DNA from: Prorocentrum cordatum
Taxonomy: Eukaryota
Direction of reading: 5' to 3'
Assembly: GCA_963575745.1 (NCBI GenBank)
Contig: CAUYUJ010000286.1
Location: forward strand, 62,001-115,813
Length of the DNA: 53,813 nt
How positions within the stretch are numbered: position 1 is the stretch's first letter; each line of letters starts with the position of its first letter. Positions 12,179 through 25,793 of this stretch are shown here, in pieces. Position numbers and translations under genes: made by a program. A model generated the notes under the pieces. The model ran no database searches, was not told the DNA's origin, and was given only the letters and a program-made list of their open reading frames with translations.

Positions 12179-12774
12179 GTAGAGCTCTTAATCGCGCGAC
12201 TGCTTGGAACATCGAAGGAGCTTTCTCGAGATGATCTAAGAAACTCGGAAAATTACAATGTTTAGTTTTTCTCGGTTCCCTCAAGTGTTTCGATAGTAAT
12301 ACTGCAGCTAGGGACCTGAAAATTGAACTGGCAGGCACGGAATAACGCGACACACGTGAAAAAATACCGGTCCTTGAACGAATTTTCAAAATTTGCACAA
12401 AGAAACAAAAACCGACCCGAGTCAACACATTGTCTCTTTAGGTCGGGTCTGCCAACTGGGAGCCGGCGGTAAACCGTCAATCAGATTACCGCCAGCAGCC
12501 TCGTAGAGCCCTTTGATCGCGCGGCGCTGCTTGGAACACATGGAAGAAGCTTTCGGTGATCTGAAAACCTCGAAAAATACGATTGTTAGTTTTTGCTTCT
12601 AAAGTCGGTTCCCTCAAGTGTTTTGATAATAATATTGAAGCTACGAACCTGAGAATTGGACTGGCAGGCGCGGCATAACCCACGAAACGTGAAAAAATAC
12701 TGGTTCTATTTTGAGAAAGATACAAAAACCGACCCCTAGTTCCCACATTGTCCCTTTTGGTCGGGTCCGCGAAC

Positions 12775-13750
12775 TGGGCGCCGGCGGTAAACCGTCAACC
12801 TTTTCTTACCGCCGGGAAGCTCGTAGGGCTTCCTTGCCTTATATTCTGTCCAAAGAATTGGCAGAGAACGTATAGTTTTGCAGCCCGAGCGCTGATAGCA
12901 GACTGATCTCAGGCTTCTAGACATATTTCACTATTGCCCCTGACGATTCCCTTCCCATTGCTGTGATAAACAGCTCTGTAGCTCATCTGCCTGCAGCACA
13001 AGCAAAACCAAGAAAAAGTATCATTCCCATGAAAGTAGCAGAGTACGAATCAGTCTTCAGCCCTAGCGCTAATAGCAGACTGAGCGCAGGTCTAGATACT
13101 TTCAAATAGCGCGCATGATCATTCTCGTCCCATTTGAATGCCTCAGAACTCTCAAGCTCATCTGCACCTGAAGTTCAGCCCAGGAAACGAATTCCATCAC
13201 AAGAAAAATAGCAGAGTATGACTAGTTGTTCGGCATCTTGGCTCAGTACAGACCCAAGCCAAGCGTCTGGGTACTTCGGACTAGCGCGCCTCATGAGTTT
13301 CTTCTGATTTCTGTGCAGGAGAGCCCTGATGCTCATCTGCAGCTCGAGTTAAGTGAAGAAATTCACTAACATTTCGAAACAAATCGGTCGAATACAAATA
13401 GTGTTGCAGACCCAACTCGATTAGAAGACTGAATTCAGAGCTCTAGATGCAACAGACAAACGCGCTGGATGATTCTGAATCGATTTCTGTGCGTACCAGC
13501 TCTGTAGCGCTTCTACAGCTCGCGTTAAGTACAGAACACCGACAACGTATTTTAAGAAAACTGGAAGAATACGAATAGTTTCGCGGACCTAGCTCGAGTA
13601 GCAGACCGAGTTCAGACCTCTCGATGCAACAGACGATTGCGCATGATCACTCTCAATCGAATCGTGTGCGTACCACCTCTGCAGCTCTCCTACAACCCGA
13701 GTTGAATACAGAAAACGGATAGCACCTCTCAAGATGACTCGAAGAATACA
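12775..13750 (-). mobile_element. Old, diverged A-like element with decayed monomers, truncated by LINE-2
   Basis: Hairpin end at 12775-12833; monomer motifs (aagatgactcgaa.aatac, cagaccgagttcagacctct) recognisable from ~13380; a related subtype starts at ~19478. Confidence 0.65.
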
Positions 13751-13751
13751 G

Positions 13752-16524
13752 CTGCCAGGGGGGGCAGATCTCACAGACATGAGCCAGAGACAGAACCTCT
13801 TGGAATCCAGCGCTGCAGACAGCCCTCCTGAGCCATCCTTTTGTCAGGAGCGCGAGCGCAGGCGTCTCGTGTATGAGAAGGCCCTGTCAACCAAGAGTCC
13901 ATGGCTGCAGGCGCGTTGTCAGATGTTGCATGGGGCGGGGGATTGGATACGGCACAGGGGAGAACTGGGCGCCGGCGGTAAACCGTCAACCTTTCTCACC
14001 GCCGGGGGACTCGTAGAGCTTCCTGACAACATATAATGTCGAAAAAAATTGCAGAGAACGAACAGTTTTTCAGCCCAAGCGATTTCAGACCTCTCGATGC
14101 AACAGCCGAACGCCCCCGATGCTTCTGGATTGTCTTCTGCACGAGCTCTGTAGCTCTCCTAGAGCCCGAGTTACGTGCGTAAATCGACAGCACCTCTCAA
14201 GATGACTCGAACAATACGAATAGTTTCGCGAACCTAGCTCGAGTATCAGACCGAGTTCAGACCTCTGAATGCAACAAGCGGACGCGTCTGATGTCTCCGA
14301 ATCGATTCCTGTGATTACCAGCCCTGCAGCGCCCCTACAGCCCGAGTTTAGTGCAGAAAACCGACAGCACCTCTCAGAATGACTCGACCAATACGAATAC
14401 GAAAAGTTTAGCGGACCTAGTTCGGGCAGCAGACCGAGTTCCGAGCTCTGGATTCGACAGGCGGACGCGCCTGATGTCTTCAAATCGATTCCTGTGACCA
14501 CCAGCACTGCAGGCCCCCTACAGCCCGAGTTGAGTGCAGAAAAGACAGCACCTCTGAAGATAACTCGAACAATACGAATAGTTTCGCGATTCTTGATCGG
14601 GCAGCAGACCGAGTTCAGAGCCCTAGATTGAACAGACAAACGCGACTGGTGATTCTGAATCGGTTTCTGTAAGCATCAGCTCTGTAGCTGTCCCATAGCT
14701 CGAGTTAAGTACAGAAAACCGAGAGCGCCTGTCAAGATCACTCGAATAATACGAATAGGTTTGGCAATCTAGCTCGGCTAGCAGACCGAGTTCAGACCTC
14801 TGGATCCAAGAGACGAACGCGCCTGATCATTCTGAATCGATAAGGTGTGCTTACCAGCTCTGTAGCTGTCCTGTATCTCGAGTTAAGTCCAACATACCGA
14901 CAGCGCGTATCAAGATGATTCGAAACGGCCGATCCCGCCTGGACGCTTTTTGGGAATAAAAGGTACCCGATCGAGCTGAGATCAAGATGGCGAGCGGGAA
15001 TAAGATCGAATAATACGTGGGACCGGCGGTAGACCGTCAACCAGGTTACCGCCGGGACCCTCGTAGAGCTCTTTTCTCACACGGCGCTTCTCGGTACACA
15101 TGGAGAAAGCTTCTGGAGCGAGAAACAAAAAAATCGAAAAATCAAGTTTTTCTGTTTTTATCCAACGTCGGTTCCTCCAAGTGTTATAGTAATACTGCAC
15201 CTACGGACCTCAGAATTTGACTGGCAGACGCGGCATACCCCACTACAGGTGACAAAAATCTGGTTTCTCAAAATGAATGGTCAAATTTCTTTCAAATGTT
15301 AGCAAAACCGACCGAAAGTCACCACTTTGTCTCTTGAGGCCGGGTCGGCCAACTAGCTCCACCCCGCGCCGGAATTCCTCCAGCTCATCGACGCCGAAGA
15401 GCTAGCTCTACGAGGTACTAGGTCTCCAACGAATGGTTAAATTTCGAGAACAAAATTGTCAACCGACCAAAAGTCAGCAAAAGGTCCGTGGAGATGTTCC
15501 TTGCCAACTAGCTCTCCAGCGCCCCGGAATTACTCTTGAGCTTCCAGCAACAACTTGCTAAGGGAAGCTCTACGAGTTATTTCTGAAGGCGACCCCAGCT
15601 AGTACGAGGCAGCAAATGAGGAGGAGGCTGGTAGGTGGAGGAAAAGAGAGGACAGGATTGAGATCATGGCAAGGGGTCTTTGAAAAGCTTGCTGGGCAGT
15701 CATGCTGGTGGGAGAAATGGCACTTCTCGGAGAAAGCGCTCCGAGAATTCCTTCAGAAGGTGCTGGCAGAATGTGATGAGAGCTCACTGTGGGACCTATG
15801 CAATGTTAAGGGTGGAGGAAGCGACTTCGAGCAAGGAGGTGGAGGAGGTGTTGAGGGGGAGCGAGGATGAGGAATAACAGAAGGGAGACAGAGGAGAAGG
15901 AGATAAGCAAGGGCAGAAGAAAGCCAGAGGACTCGCATATAACTTCAAACAGGACACGGTGTGGAATCAGAAGCTCCCAGAAAAGACAGGTACCATCATG
16001 TGTCCATTCTCGGGGGACTCTCCCACTATCAAGCTCAGGGGGGAATGGTATACTCAGAATGAGAAATATCATAAAATATTATGGAAAACACATGTTCACA
16101 TGGAGACATGGTGCAATCAATATCCCATAAGACCACCATATTGAAAGATGACCTCTGGCGTCATATCTACCGAAAAGGAGACGAGGAGGCAGATCAATTT
16201 ACGTCGAGGGCTCGCGAGAGCCCAACCAATTCCTATATGTACAAAAAATACACAAATCTTAAGAACGGAGAAACCTTAGCTGCTGTCAGGGGTCACTTTG
16301 ACGGTGGGAGAAGCGTCTCTGGAAGTGTCGTGGGCTACTGGCTGCAGGGCCTAATTGTTGATCGTACCACACAGACCTCAGAATGGAGGACCTTGCAAGA
16401 GACGGGCTTGCTTCTGGGGCATGATGCGACGGCGAAGGAGTCCGAATTTATAGCGGCATTGCGGTTGTTCCAGACCGCCCGAGAGTTCACTACAAGAAAG
16501 GCGAGGCAGGAGGTGGGATTTTGA
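13752..16524 (+). pseudogene. 5'-truncated, frameshifted LINE-like ORF remnant (LINE-2) split by an A+B insertion at 13965-15579; ends in a permuted RNase H
   Basis: Pieces homologous to the 820-aa ORF: PWLQARCQMLHGAGDW vs AFVDSRRGLLMYNVEW; RRRLVGGGKERTGLRSWQ vs KRLRAGPERVGQRSWQ; QKKARGLAYNFKQDTVW vs QKLAKRLAIIYERQTVW; SGDS..LRGEW vs KGDS..LTGRW; RHIYRKGDEEADQFTSRAR vs RHEFREDNTRADELTHLAR; VRGHFDGG..GYWLQ vs CRGGYDGG..GFWLQ. Confidence 0.85.
13965..15579 (-). mobile_element. Complete family A element with a nested family B element (~15017-15417)
   Basis: Runs ctgggcgccggcggtaa ... gggaagctctacgagtta on +; its removal restores the LINE-2 reading frame. Confidence 0.88.
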
Positions 16525-19500
16525 CTTCGAATTCATGACTATTGAGGCCCACTCCTCTGATGGAGGTGCGCCATTTGTGATTATTTTGTTCAGAGCTACG
16601 CTGAGTTATTTCTTCTTATTTTGTTTTGTTCACAAGTGCACACTTCATTCTTCGGAGTTGTTACCTCACTCAGCTATACTGTGATTCTAAATTTTAGCTT
16701 CGCACGTCCCATCCTGGAAGCACGTAGGTGTTACTCTTGGCTGTGTGGTGGTCGGGGTCTCGTTTGGAGACTTCGGTGCAATGCCTCGTTTGGAGCTCGA
16801 GCCTGTGTGTCGGGACGGGCCTCGTTTGGAGTCGCGAGACGCTGCGCTGCGGGTGAGACATTCGCACAGTCTACGCAAACGCCAGAAAACAAGGTTCAGG
16901 GTTTATCGCCGGCTCCTAGTTCACTCGTAGATCTCCCCTAACAGCGTTAGCGGCGAAGCTAGAAGAGTAATGGCGTCGACCGTGAACCGTCAAGCTGGTC
17001 ACCGCCGGGAACCTCGTGGAGCTCCTTGCACGCGCACAAGTGCTCAGAATCGAAGCAGACAGCTTGTCGGAACATTTTTAGAAAAACGTCAAATTTGCAT
17101 TTTTCGACTCTCTCTAGAGAGCTGATTCTCCCTCAGACTAAAAGTTAAAACACTAATGCTGGGAGTGAAATCTAATGTTTCAAAACATGGTTCAAACACT
17201 GGGCGCCGGCGGTAAACCGTCAACCTTTTCCCGGGGGACTCGTAGAGCTTCCTGACAACATATAATGTCGAAAAAATAACAAAGAAAAAATAGTTTTTCA
17301 GCCCAAGCAATTTCAGACCTCTCGGATGCAACAGCCGAACGCCCCCGATGCTTCTGGATTGTCCTGTACGAGCTCTGTAGCTCTCCTACAGCCCGAGTTA
17401 CGTGCGTAAATCGACAGCATTTCTCAAGATGACTCGAACAGTACGAATAGTTTGGCAACCTAGCTCGAGTATCAGACCGAGTTCAGACCTCTGCATCCGA
17501 CAGGCGGACGCGTCTGATGTCTCTGAATCGATTCCTGTGATTACCAGCCCTGCAGCCCCCCCTACAGCCCGAGTTAAGTGCAGGAAACCGACAGCACCTC
17601 TCAGGATGACTCGAACAATACGAATAGCTTCGCGGAGCTAGTTCGGGCAGCAGACAGAGTTCGGAGCTCTGGATTCGAAAGGCGGACGCGCCTGATGTCT
17701 CCGAATCGATTCCAGTGATTACCAGCCATGCAGCCCCCCTACAGCCCGAGTTAAGTGCAGAGAACCGACAGCACCTCTCAAGATAACTCGAACAATACGA
17801 ATAGTTTCGCGATTCTAGATCGGGCAGCAGACCGAGTTCAGAGCTCTGATTCAACAGACAACGGCCACTGATGATTCTGAATCAGATTCTGTACGCATCA
17901 GCTCTGTAGCTGTCCTGTAGCTCGAGTTAAGTACAGAAAACCGAGAGCGTCTGTCAAGATGACTCGAATAATACGAATAGGTTTGCGGACCTAGCTCGGC
18001 TAGCAGACCGAGTTCAGACCTCTGGGTTCAACAGGCGAGCGCGCCTGATCATTCTGAATCGATTAGCTGTGCTTACCAGCTCTGTAGCTGTCCTAAAGCT
18101 CGAGTTATCTTGAGAAAACCGTCACCGCGTGACAAGATGACCCGAAACGGGCGATCCCGCCGCAGTGCTTTTAGGCAGTAAAAGGTACCCGATCGAGCTG
18201 AGATCAAGACGGCGAGCGGGAATAAGATCGAATATCACGGGAAAAAATACTAGAGCTCTAACGAATGTTCAAATTTCGAGAACAAAATTCTCAACCGACC
18301 AAAAGTCAGCAAAACTGGGCGCCGGCGGTAAACCGTCAACCTTTCTTATCGCCGGGGGACTCGTAGAGCTTCCTGACAACATATAATGTTGAAAAAAAGG
18401 AAGTTTTTTCAGCCCAAGCGATGTCAGACCTCCCGATGCAACAGCCGAACGCCCCCCGATGCTCCTGGATTGTCTTCTGCACGAGCTCTGTAGCTCTCCT
18501 ACAGCCCGAGTTACGTGCGTTAATCGACAGCACCTCGCAAGATGACTCGAACAAAACGAATAGTTTGGCAAACCCAGCTCGAGTATCAGGCCGAGTTCAG
18601 ACCTCTGAATGCGACAGGCGGACGCGTCTGATGTCTCCGAATCGATTTCTGTGATTACCAGCCCTGCAGCCCCCCTACAGCCCGAGTTGAGTGCAGAAAG
18701 CCGACAGCATCTTTTAGGATGACTCGAACAATACGAACAGCTTCGCGGACCCAGTTCGGGCAGCAGAGCGAGTTTCGAGCTCTGGATTCCACAGGCGGAC
18801 GCGCCTGATGTCTCCAAATCGATTGCTGTCACCACCAGCACTGTAGCCCCCCTACAGCCCGAGTTAAGTGCAGAAAACCGACAGCACCTCTCAAGATGAC
18901 TCGAACAATACGAACAGTTTCGCGATTCTGGATCGGGCAGCAGACCGAGTTAAGAGCTCTGGATTCAACAGACGAACGCGACTAATGATTCTGAATCGAT
19001 TTCTGTACGCATCAGCTCTGTAGCGGTCCTATAGCTCGAGTTAAGTACAGAAAACCGAGAGCGCCTGTCAAGATGACTCGAATAATACGAATAGGTTTGC
19101 GGACCTAGCTCGGCTAGCAGACCGAGTTCAGACCTCTGGATGCAACAGACGAACGCGTCTGATTATTCTGAGTGCAGAAGGTGTGCTGACCAGCTCTGTA
19201 GCTGTCCTATATCTCGAGTTAAATCCAATATACCGTCACCGCGTGACAAGATGACCCGAAACGGGCGATCCCGCCGCAGTGCTTTTTGGCAGTAAAAGGT
19301 ACCCGATCGAGCTGAGATCAAGACGGCGAGCGGGAATAAGATCGAATATCGCGGAAAAAAATACTAGAGCTCTAACGAATGTTCAAATTTTGAGAACAAA
19401 ATTTTCAACCGACCAAAAGTCAGCAAAAGGTCCGTCGAGATTTTCTTGCCAACTAGCTCTCCAGCGCCCCGGAATTACTGGGCGCCGGCGGTAAACCGTC

Positions 19501-22500
19501 AACCCTTCTTACCGCCGGGGGACTCGTAGAGCTTCCTGACCATGTATTATGTTCGAAAAAATACCAGAGAACGAATTGTTTTTAAGGCCGAGCTGATAGC
19601 AGATTGATCTCAGGCGGCTAGTGATATCCCATTGCTGTGCTGGGAGGAAATAGCAGAGTACGTATCCGTTTTTGGCGTCTGCGTTCACAACAGACTCGAA
19701 CCAAGCGTCTAAATGCTTCACGCCTCACGATTTCCTTCTGATTTTTCGGCCGCTCGAGTTCAGTGAAGAAAGTCACCATTATTTGGAAACAGAAAACCAG
19801 TCGAATACGAATAATTTTGTGAACCTTACTGGGATAGCAGACCGATTTCAGACCTCTCGATGCAACAGACGAACGCTCCTGATGCTTCTGGATCGGTTTC
19901 TGTGCGCACCAGCTCTGTAGCTCTCCTACAGCCCGAGTTACGTGCGAAAACCGACGGCACCTCTCAAGATGACTCGAACGATACGAATAGGTTCGCAGAC
20001 CTAGCTCGAGTAGCAGACCCATTTCAGGCCTCTGGATGCAACGGACGAACGCGCCTGATCAGTCTGCATCGGTTTCTGTGCGTATCAGCTCTGCAGCTCC
20101 CCTAGAGATCGAATAAAGTACAGAAATCCGACAGTCTCTATCGAAATGACTCGAGCGATACGAACAGTTTTGCGGACTTAGCTCGAGTAGCAGACCAAGT
20201 TCAAACCTCTGCATGCGACAGGCGAACGCGCTTGACGTCTACGAATCGGTTTCTGTGATTACCAGCCCTGTATCCCCTCTACAGCTCGAGTTAAGTACAG
20301 AAAACAGACAGCACCTCTCAAGATGACTCGAACAATACGAATAATTTCGCGGACCTAGCTCGAGCAGCAAACTGAGTTCAGACCTCTGGGTTCAACAGAC
20401 AAACGCGCCTGATGATTCCGAATCGGTTTCTGTAAGTATCAGCATTACTCTTAAGCTTCCAGCAACAACTTGCTAAGGGAAGCTCTACGAGTTATTTTCA
20501 ACCGACCAAAAGTCAGCAAAAGGTCCGTCGAGATTTTTCTTGCCAGCTAGCTCTCCAGCGCCCCGGAATTACTCTTAAGCTTCCAGCAATAACTTGCTAA
20601 GGGAAGCTCTACGAGTTATTATAAAATCGAGCCCAAGTTAGATTGTTCGTCCAGGCCGGCTCGCCCAACTGGGCGCCGGCGGTAAACCGTCAACCTTCCT
20701 TACCGCCGGGGGACTCGTAGAGCTTCCTGACAATATATAATGTTTTCAGACCTCCCGATGCAACAGCCGAACGCCCCCGATGCTTCTGGATTCTCTTCTT
20801 TGCGAGCTCTGTAGCTTCCTACAGCCCGAGTTACGTGCGTAAATCGACAGCACCTCTCAAGATGACTCTAACAAAACGAATAGTTTGGCAACCCAGCTCG
20901 AGTATCAAACCGAGTTCAGACCTCTGAATGCGACAGGCGGACGCGTCTGATGCCAGCGAATCGACTCCTGTGATTACCGGCCCTGCAGCCCCCTTACAGC
21001 CCGAGTTAAGTGCAGAAAACCGACAGCACCTCTCAGGATGACTCGAACAATACAATAGTTTCGCGAACCTAGTTCGGGCAGCAGACCGAGTTCCGAGCTC
21101 TGCATTCGACAGGCGGACGCGCCTGATGTCTTCAAATCGATTCCTGTAACCACAGCACAGTAGCCGCCCCCCAGCCCGAGTTGAGTGCAGAAAACCGAGA
21201 GCACTTTGAAGATGACTCGAACAATACGAATAGTTTCGCGGTTCTAGATCGGGCAGCAGACCGAGTTCAGAGCTCTGCATTCAACAGACAAATGCGACTG
21301 ATGATTCTGAATTGGTTTCTGTAAGTATCAGCTCTTTAGCTGTCCTATAGCTCGAGTTAAGTACAGAAAACCGAGAGCGTCTGTCAAGATGACTCGAATA
21401 ATACGAATAGGTTTGCAGACCTAGCTCGGCTAGCAGACCGAGTTCAGACCTCTAGATTCAACAGGCCAACGCGCCTGATCATTCTGGATCGATTATCTGT
21501 GCTTCCCAGCTCTGTAACTGTCCTAAAGCTCGAGTTATGTTCAGAAAACCATCATCGCGTGACAAGATGACCGAAACGGCCGATCCCGCCGCAGTGCATT
21601 CTGGCAGTAAAAGGTACCCGATCGAGCTGCGATCAAGATGGCGAGCGGGAATAAGATCGAATATCACGGGAAAAAATACTAGAGCTCTAACGAATGTTCA
21701 AATTTTGAGCACAAAATTTTCAACCGACCAAAAGTCAGCAAAAGGTCCGTCGAGATTTTTCTTGCCAACTCGCTCTCCAGACCCCCGAAACTGGGCGCCG
21801 GCGGTAAACCGTCAACCTTTCTTACCGCCAGGGGACTCGTAGAGCTTCCTGACAATGAATAATGTCGAAAGAAAATTGCAGAGAACGAATAGTTTTTCAG
21901 CCCAAGCGATTCCAGACCTCTGGACGCAACGGCCGAACGCCCCCCGATGCTTCTGGATTGTCTTCTGTACGAGCTCTGTAGCTCTGCTGCAGCCCGAGTT
22001 ACGTGCGTTAATCGACAGCACCTCTCAAGATGACTCGAACAAAACGAATAGTGTGGCAAACCCAGCTCGAGTATCAGACCGAGTTCGATCTCTGAATGCG
22101 ACAGGCGGACGTGTCTGATGTCTCTGAATCGATTCCTGTGATTACCAGCCTGCAGCCCCCCTGCAGCCCGAGTTAAGTGCAGGAAGCCGACAATATCTCT
22201 CAGGATGACTCGAACGATACGAAAAATTTCGCAGATCTAGTTCGGGCAGCAGACCGAGTTCCGAGTTCTGGATTCGACAGCCGAACGCGCCTGATGTCTC
22301 CAAATCGATTCCTCTCACTTCCAGCACTGTAGCCCCCCTACAGCCCGAGTTAAGTGCAGAAAACTGACAGCACCTCTCAAGATAACTCGAACAATACGAA
22401 CAGTTCTGCGATTCTAGATCGGGCAGCAGACCGAGTTCAGAGCTCTGCATTCAACAGACAAATGCAACTGCTGATTCCCAATCGATTTCTGTAAGTATCA

Positions 22501-22926
22501 GCTCTGTAGCTGTCCTATAGCTTGAGTTCAGTACAGAAAACCGAGAGTGCCTGTCAAGATGATTCGAATAATACGAATAGGTTTGCGGACCTAGCTCGGC
22601 TAGCAGACCGAGTTCAGACCTCTGGATGCAACAGGCGAACGCGCCTGAGCATTGTGAATCGATGAGGTGTGCTTACCAGCTCTTTAGCTGTCCTATATCT
22701 CGAGTTAAGTCCAATATACCGACAGCGCGTATCAAGATGACTCGAAACGGCCGATCCCGCCTGGACGCTTTTTGGCAGTAAAAGGTACCCGATCGAGCTG
22801 AGATCAAGATGGCAAGCGGGAATAATATCGAATATCACGGGAAAAAATACTAGAGCTCTAACGAATGTTCAAATTTCGAGAACAAAATTTTCAACCGACC
22901 AAAAATCACCAAAAGGTCCGTCAAGA

Positions 22927-23326
22927 CTGGCGCCGGCGGTCAACCGTTAACCTGGTCACCGCCGGGAACCTCGTAGAGCTCCTTGCACGCGTAAGTGTGC
23001 TCAGAATCGAAGCAGGGAGCTTCTCGGAGTATTTATAGAAAAACGTCAAATTATGATTTTTTGGTGTCAACTTTATGTCGGTTGCTCCTAATTATCTAAT
23101 GGTAAAACTTCCTCTAGAGAGCTGAGCTGCTCAGACAACAAAGCTTATATACAAATGCTCGGCGTAAAAATCTGCTTTCCCACAATGAATTGTCAAATAT
23201 CTTTCAAATCTTAAGAAAAACCGACCCAAATGTGCCACATTGTCTCTTTTGATCTGGTCGGCCAACTAGCTCCACCCAGCGCCGGAATTCCTCTAGCTCA
23301 TCGATGCCGAAGAGCTCCGCGAGGTA
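22927..23326 (-). mobile_element. Complete family B element (~400 bp) nested in an A element
   Basis: ctggcgccggcggt..tcaccgccgggaacctcgtagagctc ... gagctccgcgaggta; flanks ggtccgtcaaga | tttttcttgccaac rejoin to the A consensus ggtccgtcgagatttttcttgccaac with no TSD. Confidence 0.85.
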
Positions 23327-24577
23327 TTTTTCTTGCCAACTAGCTCGCCAGCGCCCCGGAATTACTCTTAAGCTTCCAGCAACAACTTGCTGAGGGAAGC
23401 TCTACGAGTTACTAGGCGCCGGCGGTAAACCGTCAACCTTCCTTACCGCCGGGGGACTCGTAGAGCTTCCTGACAATATATAATGTCGAAAAAAATGCAG
23501 AGAACGAATAGTTTTCCAGCCCAAGCGATTTCAGACCTTTCGATGCAGCCGAACGCCCCTGATGTTGGATTCTCTTCTATACGAGCTCTATAGCTCTCCT
23601 ACAGCCCGAGTTACGTGCGTAAATCGACAGCACCTCTCAAGATGACTCGAACAATACGAATAGTTCGGCAAACCTAGCTCGAGTATCAAAGCGAGTTCGG
23701 GCCTCTGAATGCGACAGGCGGACGCGTCTGATGTCTCCGAATCGATTCCTGTGATAACCAGCCCTGCAGCCCCATTGCAGCCCGATTTAAATGCAGAAAA
23801 CCGACAGCACCTCTCAGAATGGCTCGAACAATACGAATAGTTTCGCGAACCTAGTTCGGGCAGCAGACCGAGTTCAGAGCTTTGGATTCAACGGACGGAC
23901 GAGCCTGATGTCTCCAAATCGATTCCTGAGATTACCAGCCCTGTAGCCCCCCCAAAAAAAAACCTGAGTTAAGTAGAGGAAGCCGACAACACCTCTCAAG
24001 ATGACTCGAACAATGCAAATAGTTTTGTGATTCTAGATCGGGCAGCAGACCGAGTTCAGAGCTCTGGACTCAAAAGATAACGCGATTGATATTATGAAAT
24101 AGTGTCTGTAAGTATCAGCTCTGTAGCTGTTATATAGCTCGAGTTAAGTACAAAAACCGAGAGCGCCTTTCAAGATGACTCAAATAATACGAATAGGTTT
24201 GCGGACCTAGCTCGGCTAGCAGACCAAGTTCAGAGCTCTGGATGCAACAGCCCAACGCGCCTGATGATTCTGAATCGATTAGCTGTGCTTACCAGCTCTG
24301 TAGCTCTTCTGTAGCTCGAGTTATGTTCAGAAAACCGCCAGCGCGTGTCAAGATGACCCGAAACTGTCGATCCCGTCCGTGTGCTTTTTGGCAGTGAAAG
24401 GTACCCAATCGAGCTGAGATCAAGATGGCGAGCGGGAATAAGATCGAATATCACGGGAAAAAATACTAGAGCTCTAACGAATGTTCAAATTTCGAGAACA
24501 AAATTTTCAACCGACCAAAAATCACCAAAAGGTCCGTCGAGATTTTTCTTGCCGACTAGCTCTCCAGCGCGCCAGAA

Positions 24578-25793
24578 CTGGGCGCTGGCGGTAAACCGTA
24601 AACCTTTCTTACCGCCGGGGGACTCGTAGAGCTTCCTGACAATATATAATGTCGAAAAAAATTGGAGTACGAGTAGTTTTTCAGCCCAAGCGATTCCAGA
24701 CCTCTCGATGCAACAGCCGAACGCCCCCGATGCTTCTGGCTTGTCTTCTGTACGAGCTCTCTAGCTCTCCTATAGCCCGAGTTACGTGCGTAAATCGACA
24801 GTAACCCTGAAGATGACTCGAACAACACGAATAGTTTCGCGAAACTAGCTCGAGTATCAGACCGAGTTCAGACCTCTGAATGCGACAGGCGGACGCGCCT
24901 GATGTCTCCGAATCGATTGCTGTGATTACCAGCACTAAAGCCCCCTTACAGTTCGAGTTAAGTGCAGAGAACCGACAGCATCTCAGGATGACTCGAACAA
25001 TACGAATAGTTTGGCGGACCTAGTTCGGGCAGCAGACCGAGTTCCGAGCTCTGGATTCGACAGGTGGACGCGACTGATGTCTCCGAATCGATCCTGTGAC
25101 TACCAGCACTGTAGCCCCCCACAACCCGAGTTAAGTACAGAAAATCGACAGCACCTCTCAAGATGACTCGAACAATACGACTAGTTTGACGATTCTAGAG
25201 CGGGCAGCAGACCGAGTTCAGAGCTCTGGATTCAACAGACAAACGCGAATGATGACTCTGAATCGATTCCTGTAAGTATCAGCTCTGTAGCTGTCATATA
25301 GCTCGAGTTAAGTACAGAAAACCGAGAGCGCCTGTCAAGATGACTCGAATAATACGAATAGGTTTGCGGACCTAGCTCGGCTAGCAGACCGAGTTCAGAC
25401 CTCTGAATGCAATGGACGAACGCGCCTAATGATTCTGAATCGATGAGGTGTGCTTACCAGCTCTGTAGCTGTGCTGTATCTCGAGTTAAGTCGAATAGAC
25501 CGAAAGCGCGTATCAAGATGACTCGAAACGGCCGATCCCGCCTGGGCGCTTTTTTGCAGTAAAAGGTACCCGATCGAGCTGAGATCGAGATGGCGAGCGG
25601 AGATAAGATCGAATATCACGGGAAAAAATACTAGAGCTCTGACGAATGGTTGAATTCTTCAATACAAAATTTTCAACCGACCAAAAGTCACCAAAAGGTC
25701 CGTCGAGATTTTTCTGGCCAACTAGCTGTCCAGCGCCCCAGAATTACTCTTAAGCTTCCAGCAAGAACTTGCTAAGGGAAGCTCTACGAGTTA
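24578..25793 (-). mobile_element. Reference full-length family A element (1216 bp, ~5.5 x 177-bp internal monomers)
   Basis: Both termini present; monomer anchor c(c/t)cgagtt near 24776, 24952, 25126, 25302 and 25480; directly abuts the next copy. Confidence 0.88.
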
